Source of the DNA: a virus
Virus record (IMG/VR): IMGVR_UViG_3300028840_006758
Length of the DNA stretch: 36,483 bases
Reading direction: 5' to 3' (one strand)
A program made the position numbers and the translations under genes. The notes under the pieces were generated by a model. It was not told the DNA's origin. It searched no databases and saw only the letters and a program-made list of their open reading frames with translations. This document shows, piece by piece, positions 1 through 7,614 of this stretch; the first letter of the stretch is position 1, and the number at the start of each line of letters is the position of its first letter.

Positions 1-144
1 AAGAGTATGACCGGGTTGGTAACTATATTCATTGCTTACTTGTTTTAAAGAATAATGAATTAGCTCTGAACAGTAAAATGCATTGATAGAATTCTCAAAA
101 TAATAGTCATAAGGAGTCCCTATAAAGCTCCTTGCAACTTTAGA
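1..144. repeat. Terminal direct repeat copy 1 (assembly overlap of a circular or circularly permuted genome)
   Basis: aagagtatgaccgggttggtaac...ccttgcaactttaga is identical to 36340..36483. Confidence 0.95.
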
Positions 145-495
145 TGCATCGCTCCTATCGCTCTCACTCACTTCTTTTGCTCTTAATATGCATATTTTGT
201 CTTTAGAAAAGAGAAACTTAGGAAGAGATTTTCTAATAACGCCCTCACCTACAGCTTCTACGACATATTCTCTTCCATAGATATCTTGGTAATACATTGC
301 TGAGTGGGTGTATTTGCCTGAAATCAAAATATTACTCGGCTCATAATTACGATATGACAGTAAGATATCGCCCTGCTGAAGAACTCTCCTGGCATCAAAA
401 TAAAAAGAATCTCCTATCTTTCTCTTAAGGGAGAGTTTACCGAGGTGGTAGTTTATCGGATAAGCGAGCTTAAGAATAAGTCTTCTAAGGTTCAT
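1..495 (-). CDS. Permuted NlpC/P60-type cysteine peptidase (YiiX/YaeF, C92-like); N-terminal 165 codons of a junction-spanning 188-aa gene
   Basis: Not in the ORF track because it is cut by the window edge. Hand translation from ATG 495..493 (ATGA overlap with the stop of 492..1472) gives MNLRRLILKLAYPINYHLGK...QQGDILLSY...KYTHSAMYY...VVEAVGEGV...IGTPYDYYFENSINAFYCSELIHYSL...GHTL with no stop down to base 1. The conserved His (THSAMY) precedes the Cys (FYCSELI), as in permuted papain-fold amidases. Confidence 0.7.
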   Translation of the reverse strand, partial: MNLRRLILKLAYPINYHLGKLSLKRKIGDSFYFDARRVLQQGDILLSYRNYEPSNILISGKYTHSAMYYQDIYGREYVVEAVGEGVIRKSLPKFLFSKDKICILRAKEVSESDRSDASKVARSFIGTPYDYYFENSINAFYCSELIHYSLKQVSNEYSYQPGHTL

Positions 496-1472
496 GACTC
501 ATTCCGAGACAATGCATAAAATGTAGCAGTCCCATAGCTTCCCGTAAGCTCTAGATCTTCGACAGAAAAGACTCGAAGCTCAGCACCGACTGAGCTTTGC
601 AAGGGCTTAATGGATCCATAGTTAAAAGGAAACACCAAGATATCAGATGGCAAATCCCCTAATTTTTTAATAACACCTGTTCCAAGGTTTGCCTCATTCA
701 CAAAATCCTTCATGCTGGAGTATTGAACCGCTTGATACATAACCTTGTTGGGTAAATCTAAGGGGTTATAGACCCATATCTCAAATCTCAATGGGGTGTT
801 AATAGCAACATCATCTGAAAACTGAATTTCAGAATGCTCGATAAGAAGCAAGGTATTGGCATCAGGTTCCACGGTAAATGTTGAACCGTTTGCTTTCCAG
901 TAGTCTGCCGTTACAGGTCCAGTAGGAGCAGAGTTAAAAGTGACCTTACCAGCAGCGTGATCAATTGTGTAATCTGTGTCCGCTACCTCAACACCATTAT
1001 CATAAATGACGGGTTTGTAAGATTGCTTCAGATCTTGCCTTGTAGTCACCCCGTTAACAACATCAATCCAGTGAGTATTGACCGCCTCATAAGTTGTTCC
1101 CGTATCTAGGGTGAGAGTTTCACCTGTGACCTCAGTACTTTCCTGCCACCAAGTTGTTTTATTACAAAAATCGTGAGTAACTTTATGCAGTGAAGACTCT
1201 TCACTTTTATACGAAACAACAGGAATAGCATTTTGAATGGCGCTTGCTTTGTCTTGTTTTTGATTACAGTTTGCTTTGAAATTGTCTTCAAAGTCCTCTT
1301 GATCTGATCCGGCCGGTGCCGTTGCTGCTTTGTTGATGTCGCAATACATATGAAACCAATCGTCGGCCGCATATACCAGATAAGCGCCCGGAAGTTCAAT
1401 ATACTGCATCGTGCTTACAAGTCCGCGTGTGTTTACTGCAGTCTTTAAGTCAGTCCACTTTACTTCAATCAT
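492..1472 (-). CDS. Hypothetical virion-module protein (326 aa)
   Basis: Long ORF in the structural operon. Its start overlaps the upstream gene by 8 nt and its stop overlaps the next start (ATGA). Thr/Gly/Val/Asn-rich beta-type composition. No motif recognised. Confidence 0.7.
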   Translation of the reverse strand: MIEVKWTDLKTAVNTRGLVSTMQYIELPGAYLVYAADDWFHMYCDINKAATAPAGSDQEDFEDNFKANCNQKQDKASAIQNAIPVVSYKSEESSLHKVTHDFCNKTTWWQESTEVTGETLTLDTGTTYEAVNTHWIDVVNGVTTRQDLKQSYKPVIYDNGVEVADTDYTIDHAAGKVTFNSAPTGPVTADYWKANGSTFTVEPDANTLLLIEHSEIQFSDDVAINTPLRFEIWVYNPLDLPNKVMYQAVQYSSMKDFVNEANLGTGVIKKLGDLPSDILVFPFNYGSIKPLQSSVGAELRVFSVEDLELTGSYGTATFYALSRNES

Positions 1473-2340
1473 TGATCAAATACCCCTCATATGCGGCCGT
1501 GACTCTTGTGTTATTAGATTCTGCTATAGCGCTGATTTTTATATCTGATTTTTCAGGAAAGCTTGTGATCCAATTATCACCGCTTGAAAACGGACCCCCG
1601 TTTGAATCTATACCGACAATATCTATCGTGCGAAACGCTCCGCCCTGTGGTCTGAATTTAAAATAAACTTCTATTTCCCTGTTTCCCGATCCCCCACCTG
1701 AACCACGAACCGCTTCGCATCGCCACCGCTGAATGTACAATGTTTTACCGGCAGGGACGGTGTAAACCGCTTGCTGGGTTTGCCCAAGATCTTCTGGAAT
1801 TTCTGCAAGTGTATTTCCGCCTTGAAATATCTGAATATCGCCTTGGTTAATTTCGCCACTGCCCGCAGTTGTGACAGATGCTCTATTCACTCTTAGATAA
1901 CTGTTTGTAAGCGTAACGTTTGTTGTTCCGTTCATTGTTACAACTTCGCTAATCTCGTCATAATTTGAATCAAGTCCTTCAACTGTAACAGTCCTTGCAC
2001 CTGTTCCTGCACTTTTGTCACTATTGCTGCTTGAGTTGATTTGTGTTGAAGCTGCACTCGATGGAAAAGAATATGTTCCCCCGAAAGAAACAACGTCTTC
2101 CATCGTTCCGGAATCAAAGTCATCATTTCGACCGAACTTTCGATAAAAAATTATTCCCGTAACATTGCCTCTTGCGACTGCAAGAAGCCAATTTGAATCG
2201 ATTGATTGTGTCGTAATAAGGGAATCGACATATGTACGTCTGTTTGAGTCAATCTTAATAAATTGCGAAGTCGACTCATCTTTAATGACGGCAACAAGAT
2301 TGTCCTCATCTGTGGTGCTATTTGACTCATAGATTCCCAT
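1465..2340 (-). CDS. Hypothetical virion-module protein (291 aa)
   Basis: Long ORF, coupled to its neighbours. Gly/Ser/Thr/Asn-rich with a GSGGGSG linker. No catalytic motif recognised. Confidence 0.7.
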   Translation of the reverse strand: MGIYESNSTTDEDNLVAVIKDESTSQFIKIDSNRRTYVDSLITTQSIDSNWLLAVARGNVTGIIFYRKFGRNDDFDSGTMEDVVSFGGTYSFPSSAASTQINSSSNSDKSAGTGARTVTVEGLDSNYDEISEVVTMNGTTNVTLTNSYLRVNRASVTTAGSGEINQGDIQIFQGGNTLAEIPEDLGQTQQAVYTVPAGKTLYIQRWRCEAVRGSGGGSGNREIEVYFKFRPQGGAFRTIDIVGIDSNGGPFSSGDNWITSFPEKSDIKISAIAESNNTRVTAAYEGYLIND

Positions 2341-2572
2341 GCTGCGCCCAATCCTCCGATTCTACCTGATCCTTAAGTTCTTCTTCTTCAATATTTCCTA
2401 GGATCACTTTAATCTTATCGAGATCCGTAATGGTTTTTTCTAGAATCTGAAACTGACTCCTCGCCATTTTAAATTCACCCTTGTTTAAAAAAACAATGGC
2501 ATTAGCAAGGGACGCTTTCTCTTCTTTATATTTCACTACGGTCTCCAAAGTTAAAGGGGGCAATGCCCCCAA
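2327..2572 (-). CDS. Small acidic helical protein (81 aa as drawn; start uncertain)
   Basis: The ORF as drawn starts at a TTG inside a GGGGG-CATTG-CCCCC hairpin. An internal ATG (MARSQFQ...) with AAGGGTGA upstream is an alternative start. Confidence 0.4.
   Translation of the reverse strand: MGALPPLTLETVVKYKEEKASLANAIVFLNKGEFKMARSQFQILEKTITDLDKIKVILGNIEEEELKDQVESEDWAQHGNL
2556..2570 (-). other. GC hairpin (GGGGG/CCCCC stem, 5-nt loop) just after the stop of 2576..3406
   Basis: gggggcaatgccccc read directly. On the minus transcript it is followed by UUUAACUUU. Confidence 0.4.
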
Positions 2573-2575
2573 GTA

Positions 2576-3406
2576 TTAAGCATATTCTGAAACAACAACT
2601 GAGTTCGCTGATCCTGCTCCCCCTGCAATCATATAGATATCTAATGCTTCACCCAGCAAGAACTCTGCAGAAGCATTTTTAGGTATCTTGTGACCACCCG
2701 TTGCACCAGAAACGGTAACAGTGTTCGCAGAACCTACGTAAATTGGCTGGTTGTCTAGGTTTTGCACTAGAACTCTCTTTCTTCCTCCGAGAGGTGTTCC
2801 CACTAATTCAGCTGCTGTAGCGGCAGGAGTGTAAGCACTTAATTGCCAGGCAACATCATGACTATCTCTGACCATGAGTCTTCTATAAAGGTCAGATAGT
2901 AAATCCGCTCTATCATTTGATGCTGAAAGTGCGCCAATCGCTGAAGCAGTCGTGACACCACGTTGACCAACCTTAATTGGGTTACCAGAATCGGCATCAT
3001 CGTCACCCACTGAAGATGTTAAATCAGCGGCAACCTTTAACTCTCCGTCGTCGTTGAAAACAAGCGGATGTGCGTCTCCATCAGCTGATACTGGTGATCC
3101 ACCAGCGTCTTGTCTTACACCGTAGATACTAAAACCGTATCCAGCAGCAAAAGCAGCATCTGAAATTTCAAGATCAACTAGATTAGACTCATCTCCAATA
3201 CCCACATAATCCGTAGCATTGGTTAAGCTTCTAATATCAAGATCTGTAGCTGAAACTGTTACCGTGTTACCAACATTAACGTCTAACGCTCCTGCAGTAT
3301 CAGTAATAAGTGTTCCACCAGCAGAAATAAGGTAACTACCAACTCTCTGCGATCCTGAAATATCACTTGGGTCAAATTGTAATTCGTCTAAAGAAATCCC
3401 TGACAT
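2576..3406 (-). CDS. Hypothetical structural protein (276 aa) with a C-terminal beta module paralogous to the 3746..4156 product
   Basis: Strong SD (GAGGGGGGAATTATG). The C-terminus VLVQNLDNQPIYVGSANTVTVSG...LDIYMIAGG...VVVSEYA parallels YTLHNKSDEDTIYIGNSDVTAD...VTLYGRCES...ILKVMELG of the 136-aa protein. Confidence 0.75.
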   Translation of the reverse strand: MSGISLDELQFDPSDISGSQRVGSYLISAGGTLITDTAGALDVNVGNTVTVSATDLDIRSLTNATDYVGIGDESNLVDLEISDAAFAAGYGFSIYGVRQDAGGSPVSADGDAHPLVFNDDGELKVAADLTSSVGDDDADSGNPIKVGQRGVTTASAIGALSASNDRADLLSDLYRRLMVRDSHDVAWQLSAYTPAATAAELVGTPLGGRKRVLVQNLDNQPIYVGSANTVTVSGATGGHKIPKNASAEFLLGEALDIYMIAGGAGSANSVVVSEYA

Positions 3407-3422
3407 AATTCCCCCCTCTTGG

Positions 3423-3746
3423 TTATGTCCAATACATTAATTCTATATTAACCGATGCCTGATCAGCTTGAACATAAATGTTGGGAGAGTTTACGTTGAG
3501 ATTATCCAGAATTAACGCAGACCCTTTTCTAATGGTCCAATAATTCGTCCCTGATTGACTCGCTGTAAAAGCTATTTGTAAATTTGATTGTTCTTGGCAT
3601 CGTAAAAAGACTTGCTTAACGTTTCCGGTTAACGACAGCGTAAATTCTGTGTTTGCTGTACCGGGTGAAGTAGTAATTGAGTTATTAGGGGTCGTTGCCC
3701 CCGAAACAGTCTCAAACTTCGTGGTAAATTGATTAGCGTTTGCCAT
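3423..3746 (-). CDS. Hypothetical small structural protein (107 aa); possible head-tail connector by size and position
   Basis: ORF coupled to the upstream gene (start and stop share base 3746). It ends ...PNIYVQADQASVNIELMYWT, a weaker match to the same module as its neighbours. Confidence 0.6.
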   Translation of the reverse strand: MANANQFTTKFETVSGATTPNNSITTSPGTANTEFTLSLTGNVKQVFLRCQEQSNLQIAFTASQSGTNYWTIRKGSALILDNLNVNSPNIYVQADQASVNIELMYWT

Positions 3747-4156
3747 TAGCCAAGCTCCATCACTTTCAGTATGGCGCTTTTTCCACTCTCACAACGGCCA
3801 TACAAAGTTACCGTTTCGGCAATATCAACATTTAGTCGTGAGCCTGGGTCTAGTTCATAACCGGATGTATTTGACCCAACAACCGTATCGGCCGTGACAT
3901 CAGAGTTTCCGATATAAATAGTATCTTCATCAGATTTATTGTGTAATGTGTAAGAGTTTCGAGGACTGAGTGCAGTAATCGGAATCGCAGTTGCAGAATC
4001 AGTAATTTGAATCACAGAGTTTCTAATGGCATTTCTCACCCCACCAGGTGTGACATTACCCCCACCAATTTGGACGTTTCTTGCGACATGTCCCTGATCG
4101 TCATTAACAAACGATTGAGTGTTATCGGTTATTGGATTACCTGAACGTGCGACCAT
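3746..4156 (-). CDS. Hypothetical small structural protein (136 aa); possible head-tail connector by size and position
   Basis: ORF in the structural operon. Shares the IY[IV]G..(D)VT...G..L....(L/I)Y....V.E module with the C-terminus of 2576..3406. Confidence 0.65.
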   Translation of the reverse strand: MVARSGNPITDNTQSFVNDDQGHVARNVQIGGGNVTPGGVRNAIRNSVIQITDSATAIPITALSPRNSYTLHNKSDEDTIYIGNSDVTADTVVGSNTSGYELDPGSRLNVDIAETVTLYGRCESGKSAILKVMELG

Positions 4157-4173
4157 TCAAACCTCGTTTAAGC

Positions 4174-4210
4174 GAGCACAGGGGAAAGGTTTGGAAGAAC
4201 CCCTGCGCTC
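4174..4210 (-). other. GC-rich stem-loop (11-bp stem, 1 mismatch) after the capsid gene group
   Basis: gagcacagggg (4174..4184) pairs with cccctgcgctc (4200..4210). It lies in the 85-nt gap after 4242..4625. No U-run follows on the minus transcript, so it looks more like a stabiliser or partial attenuator than a full terminator. Confidence 0.5.
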
Positions 4211-4241
4211 ACATATTTTCTCCAAGGAGACGCTGGAGAAA

Positions 4242-4625
4242 TTAGGCCTGATAACCCTCAAAATAGAAATCAATCTCACCAGCACTGTACAAAGCAGTGG
4301 CAATAGTGATTTGAACTCCGTCTTCAGCAGCATCAACTAAGTGTGGAGCAACTGAAGCAACTAAAGCACCAGTTCCGTTGGCAACAGATCCAGCAGCAAA
4401 AGCATCCATATCAGTGAAATATCCGTCATCGTCACCTGTAGCATCTTCACCTAAAACAATTGTTCCACCACCAACTGGTGCAACTACACAGTGAGCTACA
4501 ACTCTTGTTACAATAAAATCATCGGGAAGGTTACCAAGAGCATGTGTTCCAATAGCTCCAGCATCTGCAGCATCCCAAGAAAATTTAATGACTCTTAAGT
4601 CAGGTTTAAAGCCTTTAGCGCCCAT
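4242..4625 (-). CDS. Hypothetical head-associated protein (127 aa); decoration or auxiliary capsid protein suggested by position only
   Basis: Two genes downstream of the major capsid gene and upstream of the hairpin. Gly/Ala/Asp-rich. Confidence 0.6.
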   Translation of the reverse strand: MGAKGFKPDLRVIKFSWDAADAGAIGTHALGNLPDDFIVTRVVAHCVVAPVGGGTIVLGEDATGDDDGYFTDMDAFAAGSVANGTGALVASVAPHLVDAAEDGVQITIATALYSAGEIDFYFEGYQA

Positions 4626-4636
4626 ATTTTACCTCT

Positions 4637-4873
4637 TTAATTTGAAACTTTTTTCTTTCTTACTTTCTTTACTGTCTTCGTTTTCTCGGCACTTTGTAAA
4701 GTCCCTTTCTCCAGCTTATCGTCTGCAATTGCCTGGATGAGATAATGGACATACCAATTGCCTCCAACTTTGTTCCACTGTGTAATCACAATGGAATAAG
4801 ACTTAGACAACTCTCCCAGTTGTTGCTCCAAAAGCGCGAGATTGTTTCCTACCAAGTGCCGAGCATTAATCAT
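4637..4873 (-). CDS. Hypothetical protein (78 aa) with a Lys-rich tail
   Basis: ORF starting 4 nt after the capsid gene stop. C-terminus KTKTVKKVRKKKVSN. Confidence 0.55.
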   Translation of the reverse strand: MINARHLVGNNLALLEQQLGELSKSYSIVITQWNKVGGNWYVHYLIQAIADDKLEKGTLQSAEKTKTVKKVRKKKVSN

Positions 4874-4876
4874 GTA

Positions 4877-5719
4877 TTATCCTGAGATCTTTACATAACG
4901 CTTATTATCAGCAAGCGTGTAGCCATAAACCATGTCGGCACTCATTAAGTAACCGTACTTGTTTTGCGGGTGAAGATCAGAGATTTTAAGCCTGATTTCT
5001 TGTTGCATAACAACTTGAAGAGCAGAAGGATGGCAAGCAAAACCAAGGTCTGCACCAAAAAGATTGTGCTCCATAATCGTAAAGCCCATGAATCTGTCTG
5101 ACACACCTTCTTCACTGTTGTTTCCTGCAACAAAGTCACGAGACATCACCTTAGTAGAATCAAGGATATCTCCGTAGTACTGAGGATCTAGAAAAAGAGT
5201 TCTTCCTCTTAGTGGAACCTTAGCTTGAGAAAGAAGAGTTCTCATTGTTCCAAGATCAACAGCTTCAAGATCAGAGGCAACCGCTGGAGCGATATCGTGA
5301 TCAGGTGCTGAAGCAGAAGGTCCAGCAGAAAGAGCAGCTAAAAGATCACTTTCCATTTGCTCACGGATCGCGTCAACGAGAGCAGTTTGAGCTTCTTGTT
5401 GAAAAGATTGAGACTGAAGATCAGCAAGATCAGTAAACTCAAAAGCAGCAGATGCTCTCTTGTTTGCCTGAATATTAAACTGAGCAGTTGCCATTGCCTC
5501 TGATGCAAATTGTTGTGCATCGTCAGTGAGTATTTCCCCACTTGGCTTTTGAATTTGGTTTACTCTTACAGTATCACCCATTCTTGCAATAACGCCTGAA
5601 TAACGTCTTTCAAAAAATAGTGATAGCATTGAGTTATCACTTCTTAATTCATCATAAAATTCACTTGCCCACATCTCTGGAATGAGATTGTCGAGCTGAA
5701 CTACACCTGAAACGGCCAT
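4877..5719 (-). CDS. Major capsid protein (HK97-fold type, 280 aa)
   Basis: Follows the scaffold gene. Strong SD (AGAGGGGAATTATTATG). The N-terminus ...LDNLIPEMWASEF... and the overall pattern resemble P22/HK97-like coat proteins. Size and position fit. Confidence 0.75.
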   Translation of the reverse strand: MAVSGVVQLDNLIPEMWASEFYDELRSDNSMLSLFFERRYSGVIARMGDTVRVNQIQKPSGEILTDDAQQFASEAMATAQFNIQANKRASAAFEFTDLADLQSQSFQQEAQTALVDAIREQMESDLLAALSAGPSASAPDHDIAPAVASDLEAVDLGTMRTLLSQAKVPLRGRTLFLDPQYYGDILDSTKVMSRDFVAGNNSEEGVSDRFMGFTIMEHNLFGADLGFACHPSALQVVMQQEIRLKISDLHPQNKYGYLMSADMVYGYTLADNKRYVKISG

Positions 5720-5839
5720 AATAATTCCCCTCTAAATTTGTATTATTTTTTAGTATCATGACAGCACAGCATGTCAGGGACTCATTCCACTGGTAACAAG
5801 TCCCTTTTATTGTGCACTAAATATTTCTTATTGAAAACA

Positions 5840-6511
5840 CTAAGGTCGAAGTGTTACACCACGAGCAGCATAAAACGCTTTTTTGATCTCAGGGTCCCGT
5901 CTCTGTGCGGGTGTCAACGCTTTCCATGCCTCTGTAGAAAAGTCTCCCGTACTTGCAATATTCTGTGCAGGAGTATGATCAACACCCACTTTTTGCGGAC
6001 CAAAAGCACTAGGCATTAACGACTTGATTTCTTTCGCTTGGTGCTCAACGCCTAAAACCATACGGTGTTCATCGTCATACTTAAGAGACTTCATTTCTGC
6101 CAGTCTTACCAACCCGTCAATAGAGTCTTCTCTGGCACCCATCTCCTTAAGAGCTTTGCGGACAGATGCTCTTTTAAGATCGTCAACTTGTCGGTCCTTA
6201 GTCGTCTTAATCTCTTCTTCATATTGAAGTCTGACTTCTCTTTCTTTCTCATAAAGACCCTTATAGTCCTCTTTCTCTCTCATGGACTGTTCACGAATCT
6301 CGGTAAGTTGTCGCTCAAGATCCTGTGCTTTAGTCTTCCAATTGTTCTTTTCCGTCCAAAGCTTTTTTTGATGTTCGTTTTCATGGTTTGGTTCAACTTT
6401 CTCAATCTTAGGTGCTTCTACATTGACAGCACCGTCAGCGACGAGATCAACTGGGTTACCATTAACTGACGGTCCAAATCCTGCTGATTCTACTTTTGGT
6501 TCATTTTCCAT
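5840..6511 (-). CDS. Scaffolding protein (223 aa from Met13 of the listed ORF)
   Basis: ATG at 6511 is preceded by AGGGGGAGACAA, whereas the listed start at 6547 would overlap the upstream gene. Highly charged coiled-coil sequence (EKEREVRLQYEEEIKTTKDRQ...). Located directly upstream of the capsid gene. Confidence 0.7.
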   Translation of the reverse strand: MENEPKVESAGFGPSVNGNPVDLVADGAVNVEAPKIEKVEPNHENEHQKKLWTEKNNWKTKAQDLERQLTEIREQSMREKEDYKGLYEKEREVRLQYEEEIKTTKDRQVDDLKRASVRKALKEMGAREDSIDGLVRLAEMKSLKYDDEHRMVLGVEHQAKEIKSLMPSAFGPQKVGVDHTPAQNIASTGDFSTEAWKALTPAQRRDPEIKKAFYAARGVTLRP

Positions 6512-6521
6512 TTGTCTCCCC

Positions 6522-7049
6522 CTAGAAAAATATTCGTTTAATTTCAAGATCTATAATTTGCCTTACTTTGTCTTCAATAATCTTAAATTCCTTCTTAGTT
6601 AGGGCAAGAAAAGGTCTTTTTTCTGATGCAAATTCCGCCACCATTCTATTGGTGAGTTCAGTATCATATCGGAACGTCTCTTTAATATTAATCTCAACCC
6701 CTGTTCCAACTCTCCGAAATCCCAATGCCTCTAGCATTTGCCCCGTGTATGTTAAGTTACTTCTTCTAACGCTTGCAAACTTGCCTCTAGGTCGATTCTT
6801 TTTTCTGAAATTAATATAAGTTTCTGATAGGTCATCAAGCTTTGTCTGTTCCGGAAATCTATTGGTTGCTCTATCAGCAGATCCCAATGTGTCGTCATCA
6901 ACACCTTTTCCAGCTTTAACTCGCTTATAGATAATATCCACAGTTAGTTGACCGATTATATTAAGGTTCTTTCTCGATGTAACCTGCTTAAAAAGCCTCT
7001 CTGTTCTCTTTCTAAGATCTAAAAGATCTTTATTAACCGGCATCATCAT
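6522..7049 (-). CDS. Virion morphogenesis / minor head protein, paralogue B (175 aa)
   Basis: Shares LTYTGQML and RPFLALTKKE with LKLTGSML and RDFFGLPEKE of the adjacent gene. Lies between portal and scaffold. Confidence 0.55.
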   Translation of the reverse strand: MMMPVNKDLLDLRKRTERLFKQVTSRKNLNIIGQLTVDIIYKRVKAGKGVDDDTLGSADRATNRFPEQTKLDDLSETYINFRKKNRPRGKFASVRRSNLTYTGQMLEALGFRRVGTGVEINIKETFRYDTELTNRMVAEFASEKRPFLALTKKEFKIIEDKVRQIIDLEIKRIFF

Positions 7050-7614
7050 CCCCTACAGTAGTAGCTAATACGTTAGCAGCAAGAAGATTCTCAAATAACG
7101 CATCTAGTTCTTCTGGGTCCGCCGCTCTTTGCGTTTGAATAGCAGTTCGCAAAAGATCTTCCTCTTCTTTTTCAGGTAAACCAAAGAAGTCCCTAGGAGA
7201 AGTTCTCCCATGCTTCCCGTACCGACCGGTTATGTGTCCTTGTGCTTTGTCTCTATTGTCTTGGTCTCCGAAGTTAAAGGTGATTGTGTAACGGGTGTTT
7301 CTATTATCGATATCAGAAAGCATTGATCCCGTAAGCTTAAGATCCACCCTTCTCTTACCGCCTTTATAAATCTTGAATTCCAAACTTTCTTTATATCCAT
7401 CTGACTTATAGTTCCCCATAGACCTATTATTCTTATCTATTCCCGATGTGGTCCTTTTAATAATCTCATCTCTTACCAGATTGGCATAAAAGAACTTCAA
7501 CCCATCATTAATAAGAAGAGGTCTTAGGCGATCCCTAAGCTCCCTCTCCTCTGAGGCGTATGCTCTTTTAAAAACATCCAGAATATTGATCTTATATTTG
7601 GGGTTGTATGCCAT
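7033..7614 (-). CDS. Virion morphogenesis / minor head protein, paralogue A (193 aa)
   Basis: See 6522..7049. Overlaps the portal stop by 23 nt. Confidence 0.55.
   Translation of the reverse strand: MAYNPKYKINILDVFKRAYASEERELRDRLRPLLINDGLKFFYANLVRDEIIKRTTSGIDKNNRSMGNYKSDGYKESLEFKIYKGGKRRVDLKLTGSMLSDIDNRNTRYTITFNFGDQDNRDKAQGHITGRYGKHGRTSPRDFFGLPEKEEEDLLRTAIQTQRAADPEELDALFENLLAANVLATTVGDDDAG

Noticed and set aside
1106-2351. Nested minus-strand ORFs of 60-100 aa (for example 1106..1399, 1671..1859, 1938..2126, 2151..2351) in alternative frames of the structural genes.
   Set aside because: They lie wholly inside longer, translationally coupled ORFs, lack an SD, and have skewed low-complexity composition. 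The same reasoning applies to similar nested ORFs in the portal, fibre and 682-aa genes.
5777-5804. Hairpin gggact/agtccc followed by TTTTATT on the plus strand, between the scaffold and capsid genes, which looks like a plus-strand terminator.
   Set aside because: No plus-strand gene lies upstream. On the coding (minus) transcript the 6-bp stem with a 16-nt loop has no U-run, so at most it is a weak processing or stability element, and I could not support more.
5771-6469. Plus-strand ORFs (5771..6019, 6024..6227, 6065..6469) antisense to the scaffold gene.
   Set aside because: Their products are Leu/Ser/Phe-rich, low-information sequences typical of the antisense of a Lys/Glu-rich coiled-coil gene. 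They have no SD.
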